Shown here: in pieces, positions 16,903-25,654 of the stretch
How positions within the stretch are numbered: position 1 is the first letter of the stretch
Layout: each line of letters starts with the position of its first letter
Source of the DNA: a virus
Taxonomy: Duplodnaviria; Caudoviricetes
IMG/VR virus record: IMGVR_UViG_3300021120_000002
Coordinates: 1-33,086 of that record
Strand: one strand, 5' to 3'
Length of the DNA: 33,086 nt
The notes under the pieces: generated by a model
Database searches by the model: none
The model's input: only the letters and a program-made list of their open reading frames with translations
Told to the model about the DNA's origin: nothing
Translations under genes and position numbers: made by a program

Positions 16903-17874
16903 CTATCTAAAGAAACCCCCACTCAAAATCCATCCTGCATCTTTTTGTCTGCTTGCCAACATAGCATCAGCAAATCGAGCAGATTGAACAGGTTTCATAT
17001 TGATACGTTTAACAGTAGCTTTAGCTTGAGCAGCATAGGCGTTAATCATCGTTATTTGCGTTGCACTAGATTTTCCATACATAGGCATCAAACGCTCTGC
17101 TAGACACCATCTGAGAGCCATTGTGTAGCCCTGTGGAAGAATAATCGTATCATTTAGATTTGTATAGCTTTGAAACAAATTATCTGTAAAAATGTGCATT
17201 TCGCCTTGCGATGGATTAGGCCATACATAGATGTTTCCTAATGTTTCGCTAGGCTGATAATAAAGAGCTTTAGGCCAAGGCCCATTTAAAGTCTTTAAAC
17301 CAATCATTTGATAATCTTCTACTGCAAGAATAGAGATTGGGTAGTCCAAGCCACCATTTACAATAGGTACACCATTACTATTAGTATTAATGCGTACAAA
17401 TGCTGAATCAATGCTTAATGGGCGTTGATAGTAAAGGTTGATAGTTTCAGAGCTTACAGTTTGACTAATATTTAAACGATATGTGCCTGCTTCATTGACG
17501 TTGTTTCCTGCGCCTGTGAGCATGGCTACAATTTTAGTTCCTGATGTAATTCCTGTACCACTAAGGGTTTGCCCTACGTTAATTGCGCCAGAAGTAATGC
17601 CTGTAACAGTTAAAGTTGTGCCTGAAATTGATCCTGTGATAATTGCGCCTATTTGACCACCAGGGCCAATAGTATATTGAGTCTGACCAGGAACGATAGG
17701 AAATACAATTTCGTTCTTGTAATAGACCATCATTTCTTCGTTTGACCATTGATCTATTAGATCATTGAGCATATCAAAAGCATCTTGAGCTGCATCTGCG
17801 CTAGGGCTTTCCCCAGCCTCTAATGCGCCTATGTCTTTTAATGCTCTAGAAACAATATCGTAGGGGGTTGTCAT
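16903..17874 (-). CDS. head-tail adaptor (P22 gp4 position) with inserted beta-rich domain
   Basis: [15 protein letters not shown]...[13 protein letters not shown]; [22 protein letters not shown]. Confidence 0.75.
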   Translation of the reverse strand: MTTPYDIVSRALKDIGALEAGESPSADAAQDAFDMLNDLIDQWSNEEMMVYYKNEIVFPIVPGQTQYTIGPGGQIGAIITGSISGTTLTVTGITSGAINVGQTLSGTGITSGTKIVAMLTGAGNNVNEAGTYRLNISQTVSSETINLYYQRPLSIDSAFVRINTNSNGVPIVNGGLDYPISILAVEDYQMIGLKTLNGPWPKALYYQPSETLGNIYVWPNPSQGEMHIFTDNLFQSYTNLNDTIILPQGYTMALRWCLAERLMPMYGKSSATQITMINAYAAQAKATVKRINMKPVQSARFADAMLASRQKDAGWILSGGFFR

Positions 17875-18185
17875 AGTTGAACCTTAAATACTTGTGGTTT
17901 CCAAGGCATAGGAACTGGTTTATGTAATTTTAACGCTTCTACTTGATTTTCGATACCCATTTTGATATGGTTTTTGCCATCAAAAATAGCTTCATTTTCT
18001 AACCAACCAATAATTGTGCTTTCTGTAATTTGTGCAAAAGGCACTTTTTCAGTAGGCTCTTCAAAATAAAAATTTCCTTCTGTTTCTACAGAATATTCAC
18101 CTTCTGTGCCTATTAAATGATATTTAACACCTGTAATAACAGTATCTTTAGCAAATACTTCTAAAATTTTCCATTTATATTCCAT
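17871..18185 (-). CDS. hypothetical tail-associated protein
   Basis: MEYKWKI...[14 protein letters not shown]...PMPW pattern. Confidence 0.65.
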   Translation of the reverse strand: MEYKWKILEVFAKDTVITGVKYHLIGTEGEYSVETEGNFYFEEPTEKVPFAQITESTIIGWLENEAIFDGKNHIKMGIENQVEALKLHKPVPMPWKPQVFKVQL

Positions 18186-18187
18186 GA

Positions 18188-18505
18188 TTATCCTATCAAT
18201 GCCTTTACTTCATCTTGGGTTAAACCTAATGCGGCTAGTTTAGCTAGTGCAGAAGCCTTTGCAGTTATTGGTGCTTGAATGGCATCAATAATGGCTTGTT
18301 TTTTAGTTTCATTAACTACTACTTGACCATCTACTAATTCCCAAGCATTAAAATACTGATTGTCAGTAGGTAAAGAATTGGTATCAACAATCATTGCACC
18401 TTCAGGACAATCTTTAACTAACACTTCTTCAATAGACAATTCACCAGTAGGGGTGCAAACTGATACACCGCCATTGGAGTTAGTAAAAATAATTGCTTGT
18501 GTCAT
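18188..18505 (-). CDS. tail fibre assembly/chaperone-like protein
   Basis: KDCPEG...LPTDNQYFNAW; follows a fibre gene. Confidence 0.6.
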   Translation of the reverse strand: MTQAIIFTNSNGGVSVCTPTGELSIEEVLVKDCPEGAMIVDTNSLPTDNQYFNAWELVDGQVVVNETKKQAIIDAIQAPITAKASALAKLAALGLTQDEVKALIG

Positions 18506-18520
18506 TTTGGTTGTCCTTTA

Positions 18521-19006
18521 TTAATCAAATACTGCGGTACATACAAATCTAGTAGCAAATTGCCCAACACCATAAACACCTGTATTTATTGCGTAAGTTG
18601 TTGTAGTTGGAGTAACTGCATTACCACTATTATCTGTAAATACTGTTGCCGTAACATTTCCGTTTGAACCAGTTGATGCTGTAGCAGTTGCAATAGCGGC
18701 ATAATCTGCATTAGGCAAAGCGTTAGTTAAATTTACTGTGTAATACCCAGTTGAATTTACAGTAATGCTTGAAACATTGTATGAAGCAGAAATAGTACCG
18801 CTATTATTAAATTTAGCCCAAGCCTTTGCAGAACCTTTAATAGCGTTAGTAGAAGAAGTGCTATTAGTGCCGTCTGATAGGGTTGTTGTAGTTAGCGTTG
18901 TTACTGTGCCTGTAGCAATAGTTCCACCAGCAACTAAACCAGCACTAGCTTGTGTAGTGGCGTTGTTAAATGTTAGACCATTAGTCCCATCAATAATCAT
19001 TGACAT
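18521..19006 (-). CDS. short fibre/receptor-binding module
   Basis: GSAKAWAKF...SYNVSSIT...GYYTVN motif. Confidence 0.65.
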   Translation of the reverse strand: MSMIIDGTNGLTFNNATTQASAGLVAGGTIATGTVTTLTTTTLSDGTNSTSSTNAIKGSAKAWAKFNNSGTISASYNVSSITVNSTGYYTVNLTNALPNADYAAIATATASTGSNGNVTATVFTDNSGNAVTPTTTTYAINTGVYGVGQFATRFVCTAVFD

Positions 19007-19167
19007 TATTCATTCTCCGCTGGTAATGGTGTGTTGCCTTCAGAAATCCATTTTAGGTAGGCTTCATCAAATTCATTGCAAGTAACTCGGCATAAACCAT
19101 CATCGTCAATTTTGGCATAAATTTTAATGCCATCTTGATTTGTTCTTAATAGTTTGTATGTCATCAT
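19006..19167 (-). CDS. small fibre-associated chaperone-like protein
   Basis: YLKWISEGNTPLPA motif; start reassigned to 19167. Confidence 0.6.
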   Translation of the reverse strand: MMTYKLLRTNQDGIKIYAKIDDDGLCRVTCNEFDEAYLKWISEGNTPLPAENE

Positions 19168-20261
19168 AACTCCGCAGAAACAGCTAAATAACCAGCCGAA
19201 TTTAAATATCGTAATTGGCATCCACCGCCAGCAACTAAACCAGCAGTAACAGTTCCAACAACTGAAACTGTATTTATCGTTGCATCGTTAAATGATGGTA
19301 CTGCACTACAAGTAGTATCTGTATTTAAATTAGAAATAGCATAATGAGATGCAGTTCCATCTGTTTCTAATGCCGTTGGAGAAGTTCTCATTGATACAGG
19401 CATATTTAATACATGAAGTGCTTGAGTTGTAGTTGTGATATAGCCTGATAAAACTCTAGAATTTCCCGAACCATTAATTATTTTGTAATAGTAACGCTGA
19501 CACAATGCTAACTCTTGACCATACTGACGATATTCAAATCCAGTAGCACTACTACCTACTTCTAGTTGAACACCAGTAATGTAGAAGGTTGCTCCGCTTG
19601 TTCCTACTACGGATGTATTTCCAGTTGCACCAAAATAAGCTGAACCAGCCCAAGTATTAGCAGTTCCCAAGTATGTTGAGCCTGAACCTAAATTAAAGAA
19701 AACTCCAATACCACGACTATTGGTTGTTAACCAAGTTCCGCTTGTATCACCAGCAATAGTAATGCTAACTGTTGTCCAAGTGTTTGCAGAAGAAACTGTA
19801 AAGCTAAATGGATAACTTCTGTTTTGTGCCCCATTTTGCAAAGCACCACCAAAAGTTCCAGTCAATGAAGAATAAACTTGAAATGACAAAGTAACTGTTT
19901 TGGCATTAGCAGTTCCCCAAGCTAAATCTGCACAATTAAATCCTTCAATAAATTGCTGAATATAAAAAGCATCTCCAGAAGCTACTGAATAAGCAGAGGA
20001 TGAAGTAATTAATAAAGAGTTAGAAAATCCTACTGGTGCTGTTGAAGATTGTTGTGCTGTAAATTTAGATGCTTGAGTTAATCCACATCCCCATCTATCT
20101 AAACTAAATTGTCCGTTTGTAGGGGTAATACTAGCACCAGCATTTCTTTGGTCAATAACCATCGCACCATTGATAATACGATTACGCATAACAGAACTAA
20201 TAGGGCGCAATACTCCACCATTTGAATCAGTTATAGTATCGCCGCCATATGTAATGCTCAT
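19164..20261 (-). CDS. tail fibre/receptor-binding protein with carbohydrate-binding-like domain
   Basis: RNRIINGAMVIDQR...GVQLEVGSSATGFEYR..GQELALCQRYY. Confidence 0.75.
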   Translation of the reverse strand: MSITYGGDTITDSNGGVLRPISSVMRNRIINGAMVIDQRNAGASITPTNGQFSLDRWGCGLTQASKFTAQQSSTAPVGFSNSLLITSSSAYSVASGDAFYIQQFIEGFNCADLAWGTANAKTVTLSFQVYSSLTGTFGGALQNGAQNRSYPFSFTVSSANTWTTVSITIAGDTSGTWLTTNSRGIGVFFNLGSGSTYLGTANTWAGSAYFGATGNTSVVGTSGATFYITGVQLEVGSSATGFEYRQYGQELALCQRYYYKIINGSGNSRVLSGYITTTTQALHVLNMPVSMRTSPTALETDGTASHYAISNLNTDTTCSAVPSFNDATINTVSVVGTVTAGLVAGGGCQLRYLNSAGYLAVSAEL

Positions 20262-20425
20262 GCTAATTGCTCCGCAGTTGGTTTAGCTAGTGTTGGGTGA
20301 TTCCAAGAAGCAATGTAATCGCCTTTGCCGTCTGAATCGTTTTGAAGTTGAATTGTTCCTCTTGGGGAAAAATCGTCATCTGTTAAAGATGGGTAAATTG
20401 CTTTAATTTTTTCGTATAAATTCAT
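20258..20425 (-). CDS. XkdW-like small protein
   Basis: LQNDSDGKGDYIASWNHPTLAKPTAEQL. Confidence 0.65.
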   Translation of the reverse strand: MNLYEKIKAIYPSLTDDDFSPRGTIQLQNDSDGKGDYIASWNHPTLAKPTAEQLA

Positions 20426-20970
20426 TATGCAGTCCTTACAAGGCAACCTGAAGCAAAAGTGTAATTTAAAGAAGCATTGATTGTATAACTTGCAGTACCT
20501 TGTGCATAAGCATAAAATTCAATGTAATCAGTTGAGCCATTGCAATAAATAATATTGCTTGCAGTTCCTATTGCCGTAGTTCCGCCTGACGCAGATAAAT
20601 ATTGACCAGAACTAAAAATGCTTCCATTTTTATAAATAAATGGCTCTATTATTGTTAAAGCTACGGATGTTATATAAACACACATATTAAATTGGTAATA
20701 CCCAGCTACTGTTGGTGTAAAACGATAATTAGATGTATTAAAACAAGAAGCAGAATCGTAAAGTTTTGTGTCAAAAGCTATTTTATTAAGTGTGCTAATT
20801 GTCAATCCTGTTTGATTAGCACTTGAATAAACGCTAAATACTGGTTGATTACCTGAAACTAAAGCAGTACCAGTAGCGGCAGGAAGCGTAATAGTATTTG
20901 TACCAGCTACGGCTGGGGCGGCTAATGTAATAGTACCGCTTGTATCGCCTGAAATGACTACTGAACTCAT
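20425..20970 (-). CDS. fibre module with C1q/TNF-like head
   Basis: GDTSGTITLAAPAVAGTNTITLP stem; YRFTPTVAGYYQF...NGSTDYIE head. Confidence 0.7.
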   Translation of the reverse strand: MSSVVISGDTSGTITLAAPAVAGTNTITLPAATGTALVSGNQPVFSVYSSANQTGLTISTLNKIAFDTKLYDSASCFNTSNYRFTPTVAGYYQFNMCVYITSVALTIIEPFIYKNGSIFSSGQYLSASGGTTAIGTASNIIYCNGSTDYIEFYAYAQGTASYTINASLNYTFASGCLVRTA

Positions 20971-23228
20971 AGAACCACCCACCTTTGACCTGAACTTACT
21001 GTAACTGATTGACCGCTTGCAATTGTCATAGGACCAACACTCATTGCATTGTTTCCTGTGGCTATTGTGTAGCTTGTAGATACAGTAGAACTATTTAGTT
21101 GTAATCCGTTAGAAGCTATAGTGATAGGTGAAGTTAATTCGCCTGTTGATGGCTTATAAAGATATTTAGTTGAACTTGTATATTCAGTTGAAGCAGTACC
21201 GCTTGTTACTCTTGCATATAGTGGGTAATAAGCAGTTGCAGAACTTGTATCGTCTGAAATTGTTACGCCTGTTGCTGGTGCGGCAGCCCAAGTAGGAACA
21301 CCACTAGCTAAAGTCATAATATAGCCGTTAGTACCAGCCGCTAAAAATGTTGTTGCACCGCTTCCTGTTTGATAAGGAACAGAACCATTAGCACCGCCAG
21401 CTATATTTGTTGCTGTAGTTGCTGAAGTAGCAGAAGTTGCAGTTGTGGCATTACCTGTTAATGCTCCTACAAAAGTCGTGGCACTAAAAGAACCAGTAGA
21501 AGGAACATATTGAAGTTTTGTAGAGCTAGTGTCTATTGTGTTTGTAGTGCCTGAAGTAGCATTTACAAATACAGGATAAAACACGCTTGCAGATGATGTT
21601 TGGTCACTAATCGTTACGGCAGTTGTTACTGTTGTCCATGATGGAGCAGAAGTACCATTAGATGTTAAAAACTGACCTGTTGTTCCATTGGCTACAAAAG
21701 CAGTTGTTCCAGCTCCAGTTTGATAAGGTATTTGACTAGCAATACCACCAGCAAGATTAGTTGCTGTTGTTGCTGTAGAAGCTGATCCTACTGACAATGT
21801 GCTTTGAGCAACGTATTGTGGTGCAGAGCCAGTTGACGTTAATACATAGTTTGCAGAACCAATACCTAAAAACGTTGTTGCGCCTGCGCCTGATTGATAT
21901 GGCAAAGAACCAGCTAAACCGCCTGATAGATTAGTAGAGGTTGTAGCTGATGCTACTGCACCACTAACAATAGAGCCTAGAATTGATGTAATCCAAGTAG
22001 GATTTGAGTAGCTACTAGTTGTATATACACCATTCGTTACTGTAGCAGCGTTGCCTGTAACATTTATTCCCCATGTGCCACTTGCGCCTGTACCTGTAGT
22101 GCTAGGTGCGCCAATAGTATTGTAAGAAATAGTCTGAGCAACAGAGCCATTAAAAGTTGTGCCTGATGCTGCGCCTGTACCACCATTATTAAATGTAACG
22201 CTATTAGTTACACTTCCGGCTGTGGTAGCTGATCCAGCAGAGCCACCAATAGATAATGAAGTTGCTGTGCCTGTTAGCCCAGTTCCAGGACCGCTAAAAC
22301 TACTATTAGCAGTAATGGTAGTACCAGTAACAGTTGAAGCAGTAGAAGCCCCAATAGTTGTGCCATTGATTGATCCACCTGTAATTGCTACGTTATTGGC
22401 ATTTTGCGTTGACATTGTGCCAAGCCCAGAAACCTGAGTATTAGCAATTGCGATACTTGTATTCGTTACGCTAGTGACTTGACCTTGAGCGTTTGTAACA
22501 AAAACAGGAACTGCGCTTGCAGAACCATAAGTGCCTGCTGTGCCTGTGTTTGTAATGCTAAATGTATAGCCTGTAAGACTTAATCCTGTGCCTGCGCTAT
22601 AAGTAGCTGAAGTCGTAAATTGCGCCCAAGTTACAGGAGTTACGCCTAATGTACCGCCAGGAGTTACTGTACAGAACCATGCGCCACCAGCTTGTGAACC
22701 ATATTCAATAAATGCAATAGCTGAAACTAACTCATTCCATGTATCTGCATCTGTAGAACGAGTCCAAGCACCGCTAGAGGCAATATAAATGCCATTGTTA
22801 GCACTTGTACTCTGATTTTTAACAATGACTCTATCGCCTGATAAAGTCGTGTAAGTGTCAATTGTTTGCAGACCTGAAAGCGTAATATTGGCTGTTGTTG
22901 CACAAGCTACAGGTTGTTTCCAGCTTATTCCAGCAGCATACGATTGCAAAGCAAGCAAGTTAACAATGTCAGTAGCACCGCTAGGTTGAGTTGTTATTTG
23001 ACCTGTAGTTGTTGTGATATTAGTAAAAACCCCAGTAGATGGGGTAGTAGCACCAATAGTCGTGCTATCAATCGTACTATTTGTAATGGTTAACCCTGAC
23101 TGAACAGGGTTAGTAGTAGCGTAAAAGGGCATATTCTGCCCTATAAACGTATTAAAAGACCCATCCAAGTTAAAATACGCTTGGACAGGCAGTAGATTCT
23201 GAGTTACAGAATCATTTATGTTTGCCAT
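20967..23228 (-). CDS. long tail fibre protein
   Basis: Thr/Ser/Gly-rich; GDRVIVKNQ...NGIY...AWTRSTDAD domain; internal repeats. Confidence 0.8.
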   Translation of the reverse strand: MANINDSVTQNLLPVQAYFNLDGSFNTFIGQNMPFYATTNPVQSGLTITNSTIDSTTIGATTPSTGVFTNITTTTGQITTQPSGATDIVNLLALQSYAAGISWKQPVACATTANITLSGLQTIDTYTTLSGDRVIVKNQSTSANNGIYIASSGAWTRSTDADTWNELVSAIAFIEYGSQAGGAWFCTVTPGGTLGVTPVTWAQFTTSATYSAGTGLSLTGYTFSITNTGTAGTYGSASAVPVFVTNAQGQVTSVTNTSIAIANTQVSGLGTMSTQNANNVAITGGSINGTTIGASTASTVTGTTITANSSFSGPGTGLTGTATSLSIGGSAGSATTAGSVTNSVTFNNGGTGAASGTTFNGSVAQTISYNTIGAPSTTGTGASGTWGINVTGNAATVTNGVYTTSSYSNPTWITSILGSIVSGAVASATTSTNLSGGLAGSLPYQSGAGATTFLGIGSANYVLTSTGSAPQYVAQSTLSVGSASTATTATNLAGGIASQIPYQTGAGTTAFVANGTTGQFLTSNGTSAPSWTTVTTAVTISDQTSSASVFYPVFVNATSGTTNTIDTSSTKLQYVPSTGSFSATTFVGALTGNATTATSATSATTATNIAGGANGSVPYQTGSGATTFLAAGTNGYIMTLASGVPTWAAAPATGVTISDDTSSATAYYPLYARVTSGTASTEYTSSTKYLYKPSTGELTSPITIASNGLQLNSSTVSTSYTIATGNNAMSVGPMTIASGQSVTVSSGQRWVVL

Positions 23229-23237
23229 AAATTACCC

Positions 23238-23708
23238 TTAATAGGCAATACAGTTAATTAAAACCACATCTCCAGCAGACATATTTGCAGCAGCACCTGT
23301 TGTAACAGAATAGCTAGTAAATGTAACTGATGTTGCTGTGCTACCTGTTAGCTGTAAAAACAATGAACTACCACTTGTTACATCGGCAGCAAAAGAAAGC
23401 CATCCATTAGGGGCTGTAGGAAGGCTAATTGTTCCGTTAGCTGCGCCACCTGTGCCAACTGTTACTTTAAAACAAAAAGTGTTATTAGCAAGAACAGTAG
23501 GGCCTGTGCCAAAACCGCTAGAAACTGTAGGAAGCGTGGTAGAAGCAACTAAATTATTGCCAATAGACAATGAACTAGCATTGTATGGGGCATATAAAGC
23601 ATTACCACCTTGACCATATAGACCTAAACAATTGTTATTAGCATCGTATTCAGCCTGAACTGGCAATAGATTGATAACTGAACTACTTGCTACGCCTGGG
23701 TTTGCCAT
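23238..23708 (-). CDS. virion structural protein
   Basis: Beta-rich composition; late operon. Confidence 0.65.
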   Translation of the reverse strand: MANPGVASSSVINLLPVQAEYDANNNCLGLYGQGGNALYAPYNASSLSIGNNLVASTTLPTVSSGFGTGPTVLANNTFCFKVTVGTGGAANGTISLPTAPNGWLSFAADVTSGSSLFLQLTGSTATSVTFTSYSVTTGAAANMSAGDVVLINCIAY

Positions 23709-23717
23709 AATTATTCC

Positions 23718-24071
23718 TTAGTTTTGATCGACCATAGGCAATACATATAGCGTATTAGCTGTTCCAATAGCTGTAATAGCAAAGCTAGGCGGTACAGCAA
23801 TCACAGTAGGCTGTGACATTGAAATGCCTAAAACAAAGCTCTGTGAGCTATTTCCACCTGTTGGGAGAACGGCTGCTGGTGCAGTTGTCGTTGTTCCTGC
23901 AACGGCTGGAGCAATAGTAATAGCGATAGGTGTTGTACCTACGTTTAAAAAGCCACAAAAGTTCGCTTGATCATTACCATTAGGGGTAATAGTTACAGAA
24001 GTTGAACTAGATGTAGTTACTGATATGGCCGTTGTCGGGCCAACAAAGCGGTAAGCTGATACGTTAGCCAT
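23718..24071 (-). CDS. virion structural protein
   Basis: AAGGA RBS; late operon. Confidence 0.65.
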   Translation of the reverse strand: MANVSAYRFVGPTTAISVTTSSSTSVTITPNGNDQANFCGFLNVGTTPIAITIAPAVAGTTTTAPAAVLPTGGNSSQSFVLGISMSQPTVIAVPPSFAITAIGTANTLYVLPMVDQN

Positions 24072-24080
24072 GATTTATCC

Positions 24081-24407
24081 TTAAACAGCAGTAGATGGTG
24101 CTGGGCCTTCTAAGCGAGTAATTTGAATAGCATACAAGCCAGAAGCTGGAGTAGCACTAGCGGTAGCACAGTTTCCAAATTGAACTGACAATACGTTTGC
24201 AGTTAAGCAATCAGCTTCAGCAACAACAATACCAGCAGTTTGTGTGCCTTGATAACCAATAACATTTACAAAATCAGTAGTTTGTAAGCCAGGAACGCTA
24301 AAAGTCTGTGCAGCAGTTGTATTTAAAGCAACTTGGGCTGGAGTTAATGATGGGGTAATATAAAAAGTTTCGTGGGAATTGCCACGAGTAACTGTGGTAC
24401 TAGACAT
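24081..24407 (-). CDS. virion structural (decoration-like) protein
   Basis: AAAGGA RBS; close to the coat gene. Confidence 0.65.
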   Translation of the reverse strand: MSSTTVTRGNSHETFYITPSLTPAQVALNTTAAQTFSVPGLQTTDFVNVIGYQGTQTAGIVVAEADCLTANVLSVQFGNCATASATPASGLYAIQITRLEGPAPSTAV

Positions 24408-24447
24408 AATTTTTCCTTTGCAAAGGGGTAGTGTGGTAAATCTACAA

Positions 24448-25128
24448 CTATTTTACATTGTTTTGTTGATCTCTCAAGTGTTTTCCACAACTTCCTTTAA
24501 AAGTTTTGTAGCCAATGTGACCTAGCTCAAATTCAAGATTTGCCCATACTTTGCCACCTATATCTACCCATCTTTGGCAAAAACTAAAATCTTCACTTAA
24601 ACGATTGCCGTCAGGCGTTTCATAAGGATCAAATAAAGGCCAAAACTGACTGTTTTCACTTGTGCTTCTTAAAGTCTGACGAGGATATGCTTCAATCATC
24701 TTTTCGGCACAATTACGGCTAATCTTCATAAAGCCACCTGGCAAGCCTAATACTTCCATTAACCCTGTTTCTGGGTCATTACGATATTCTTCTTTTATGC
24801 CAATTTTAAAAGGCCATTCAAATGGGTCTTGTTTTTTAGGGTAAATACCACCTACTACATCTACAGGGTAATCAATTAACTGAATTAACGCTCCTGGCTC
24901 CCAAAATACGTCATCATCAATAAACACTAGCGTATCTGCTTTAGAACGTACAAAAGCACCAAATAATGCGCCTCTTGAGCCTGCTATATCGCTATTACCA
25001 ATATCTTCTGCAATACTAAATTTATCGCCACGACCAATAATATTGATAGCATCTAACAAAATAGCTCTCATAGTCGGAAAATGTACCTTTGCTGAATAGC
25101 AAGGCATTGCAATCATTACATTTTTCAT
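24448..25128 (-). CDS. GT-A fold (family 2-like) glycosyltransferase
   Basis: VMIAMPCY, LVFIDDD (DxD), GGFMKISR, LSEDFSFCQRW, LGHIG. Confidence 0.8.
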   Translation of the reverse strand: MKNVMIAMPCYSAKVHFPTMRAILLDAINIIGRGDKFSIAEDIGNSDIAGSRGALFGAFVRSKADTLVFIDDDVFWEPGALIQLIDYPVDVVGGIYPKKQDPFEWPFKIGIKEEYRNDPETGLMEVLGLPGGFMKISRNCAEKMIEAYPRQTLRSTSENSQFWPLFDPYETPDGNRLSEDFSFCQRWVDIGGKVWANLEFELGHIGYKTFKGSCGKHLRDQQNNVK

Positions 25129-25147
25129 AAACTCCCCTCAGAATGTT

Positions 25148-25176
25148 AAAAACCCACCCTTTTTTAAGGGGTGGGC
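25148..25176 (-). terminator. rho-independent terminator after the coat and decoration genes
   Basis: GCCCACCCCTTAAAAAAGGGTGGG followed by TTTTT. Confidence 0.75.
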
Positions 25177-25193
25177 TTCTATTTTACAACAGA

Positions 25194-25628
25194 TTACTGT
25201 GCTGACAAATCGTAACCATATACATATACGTCAATTGTGCCTGTTACAGCAGCAGAAGATACGTTTACATACAAAGTTTGAGCAGATGTTGCACTTGCTA
25301 CTAAAGTTGCAGCTACAACTGATGCGTTAGCGGTAGTTGTGTTAGTTGCTAAAGCCGCTTTAGTGTAAACAGCCGTACCACCAGCAGATAAGCCTGTGTA
25401 AACACCTAAATAAGTGCTTGCTGTAGATACTGCTGCGCCAGCGTTGTTACAGTTAGCCGTAATAACGGATACTGGAACATAGCTAGTTACATCAATTACG
25501 TTAACTGCGGTATCACCTAAAGTTGCCAAGCTAACACCTTGAGCAGTTGCGATCAAACGCAATGCTTGGTTAGAGCCTAAAACTTGTGGGTGAATCGAGG
25601 TAGTTACTGCTGGTCCTGGATTAGACAT
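25194..25628 (-). CDS. putative capsid decoration protein
   Basis: Immediately follows the coat gene; Ala/Thr/Val-rich; DVYVYGYD C-terminus. Confidence 0.65.
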   Translation of the reverse strand: MSNPGPAVTTSIHPQVLGSNQALRLIATAQGVSLATLGDTAVNVIDVTSYVPVSVITANCNNAGAAVSTASTYLGVYTGLSAGGTAVYTKAALATNTTTANASVVAATLVASATSAQTLYVNVSSAAVTGTIDVYVYGYDLSAQ

Positions 25629-25654
25629 TTTAGTTTCCTTTCGTTATTCGTGAA

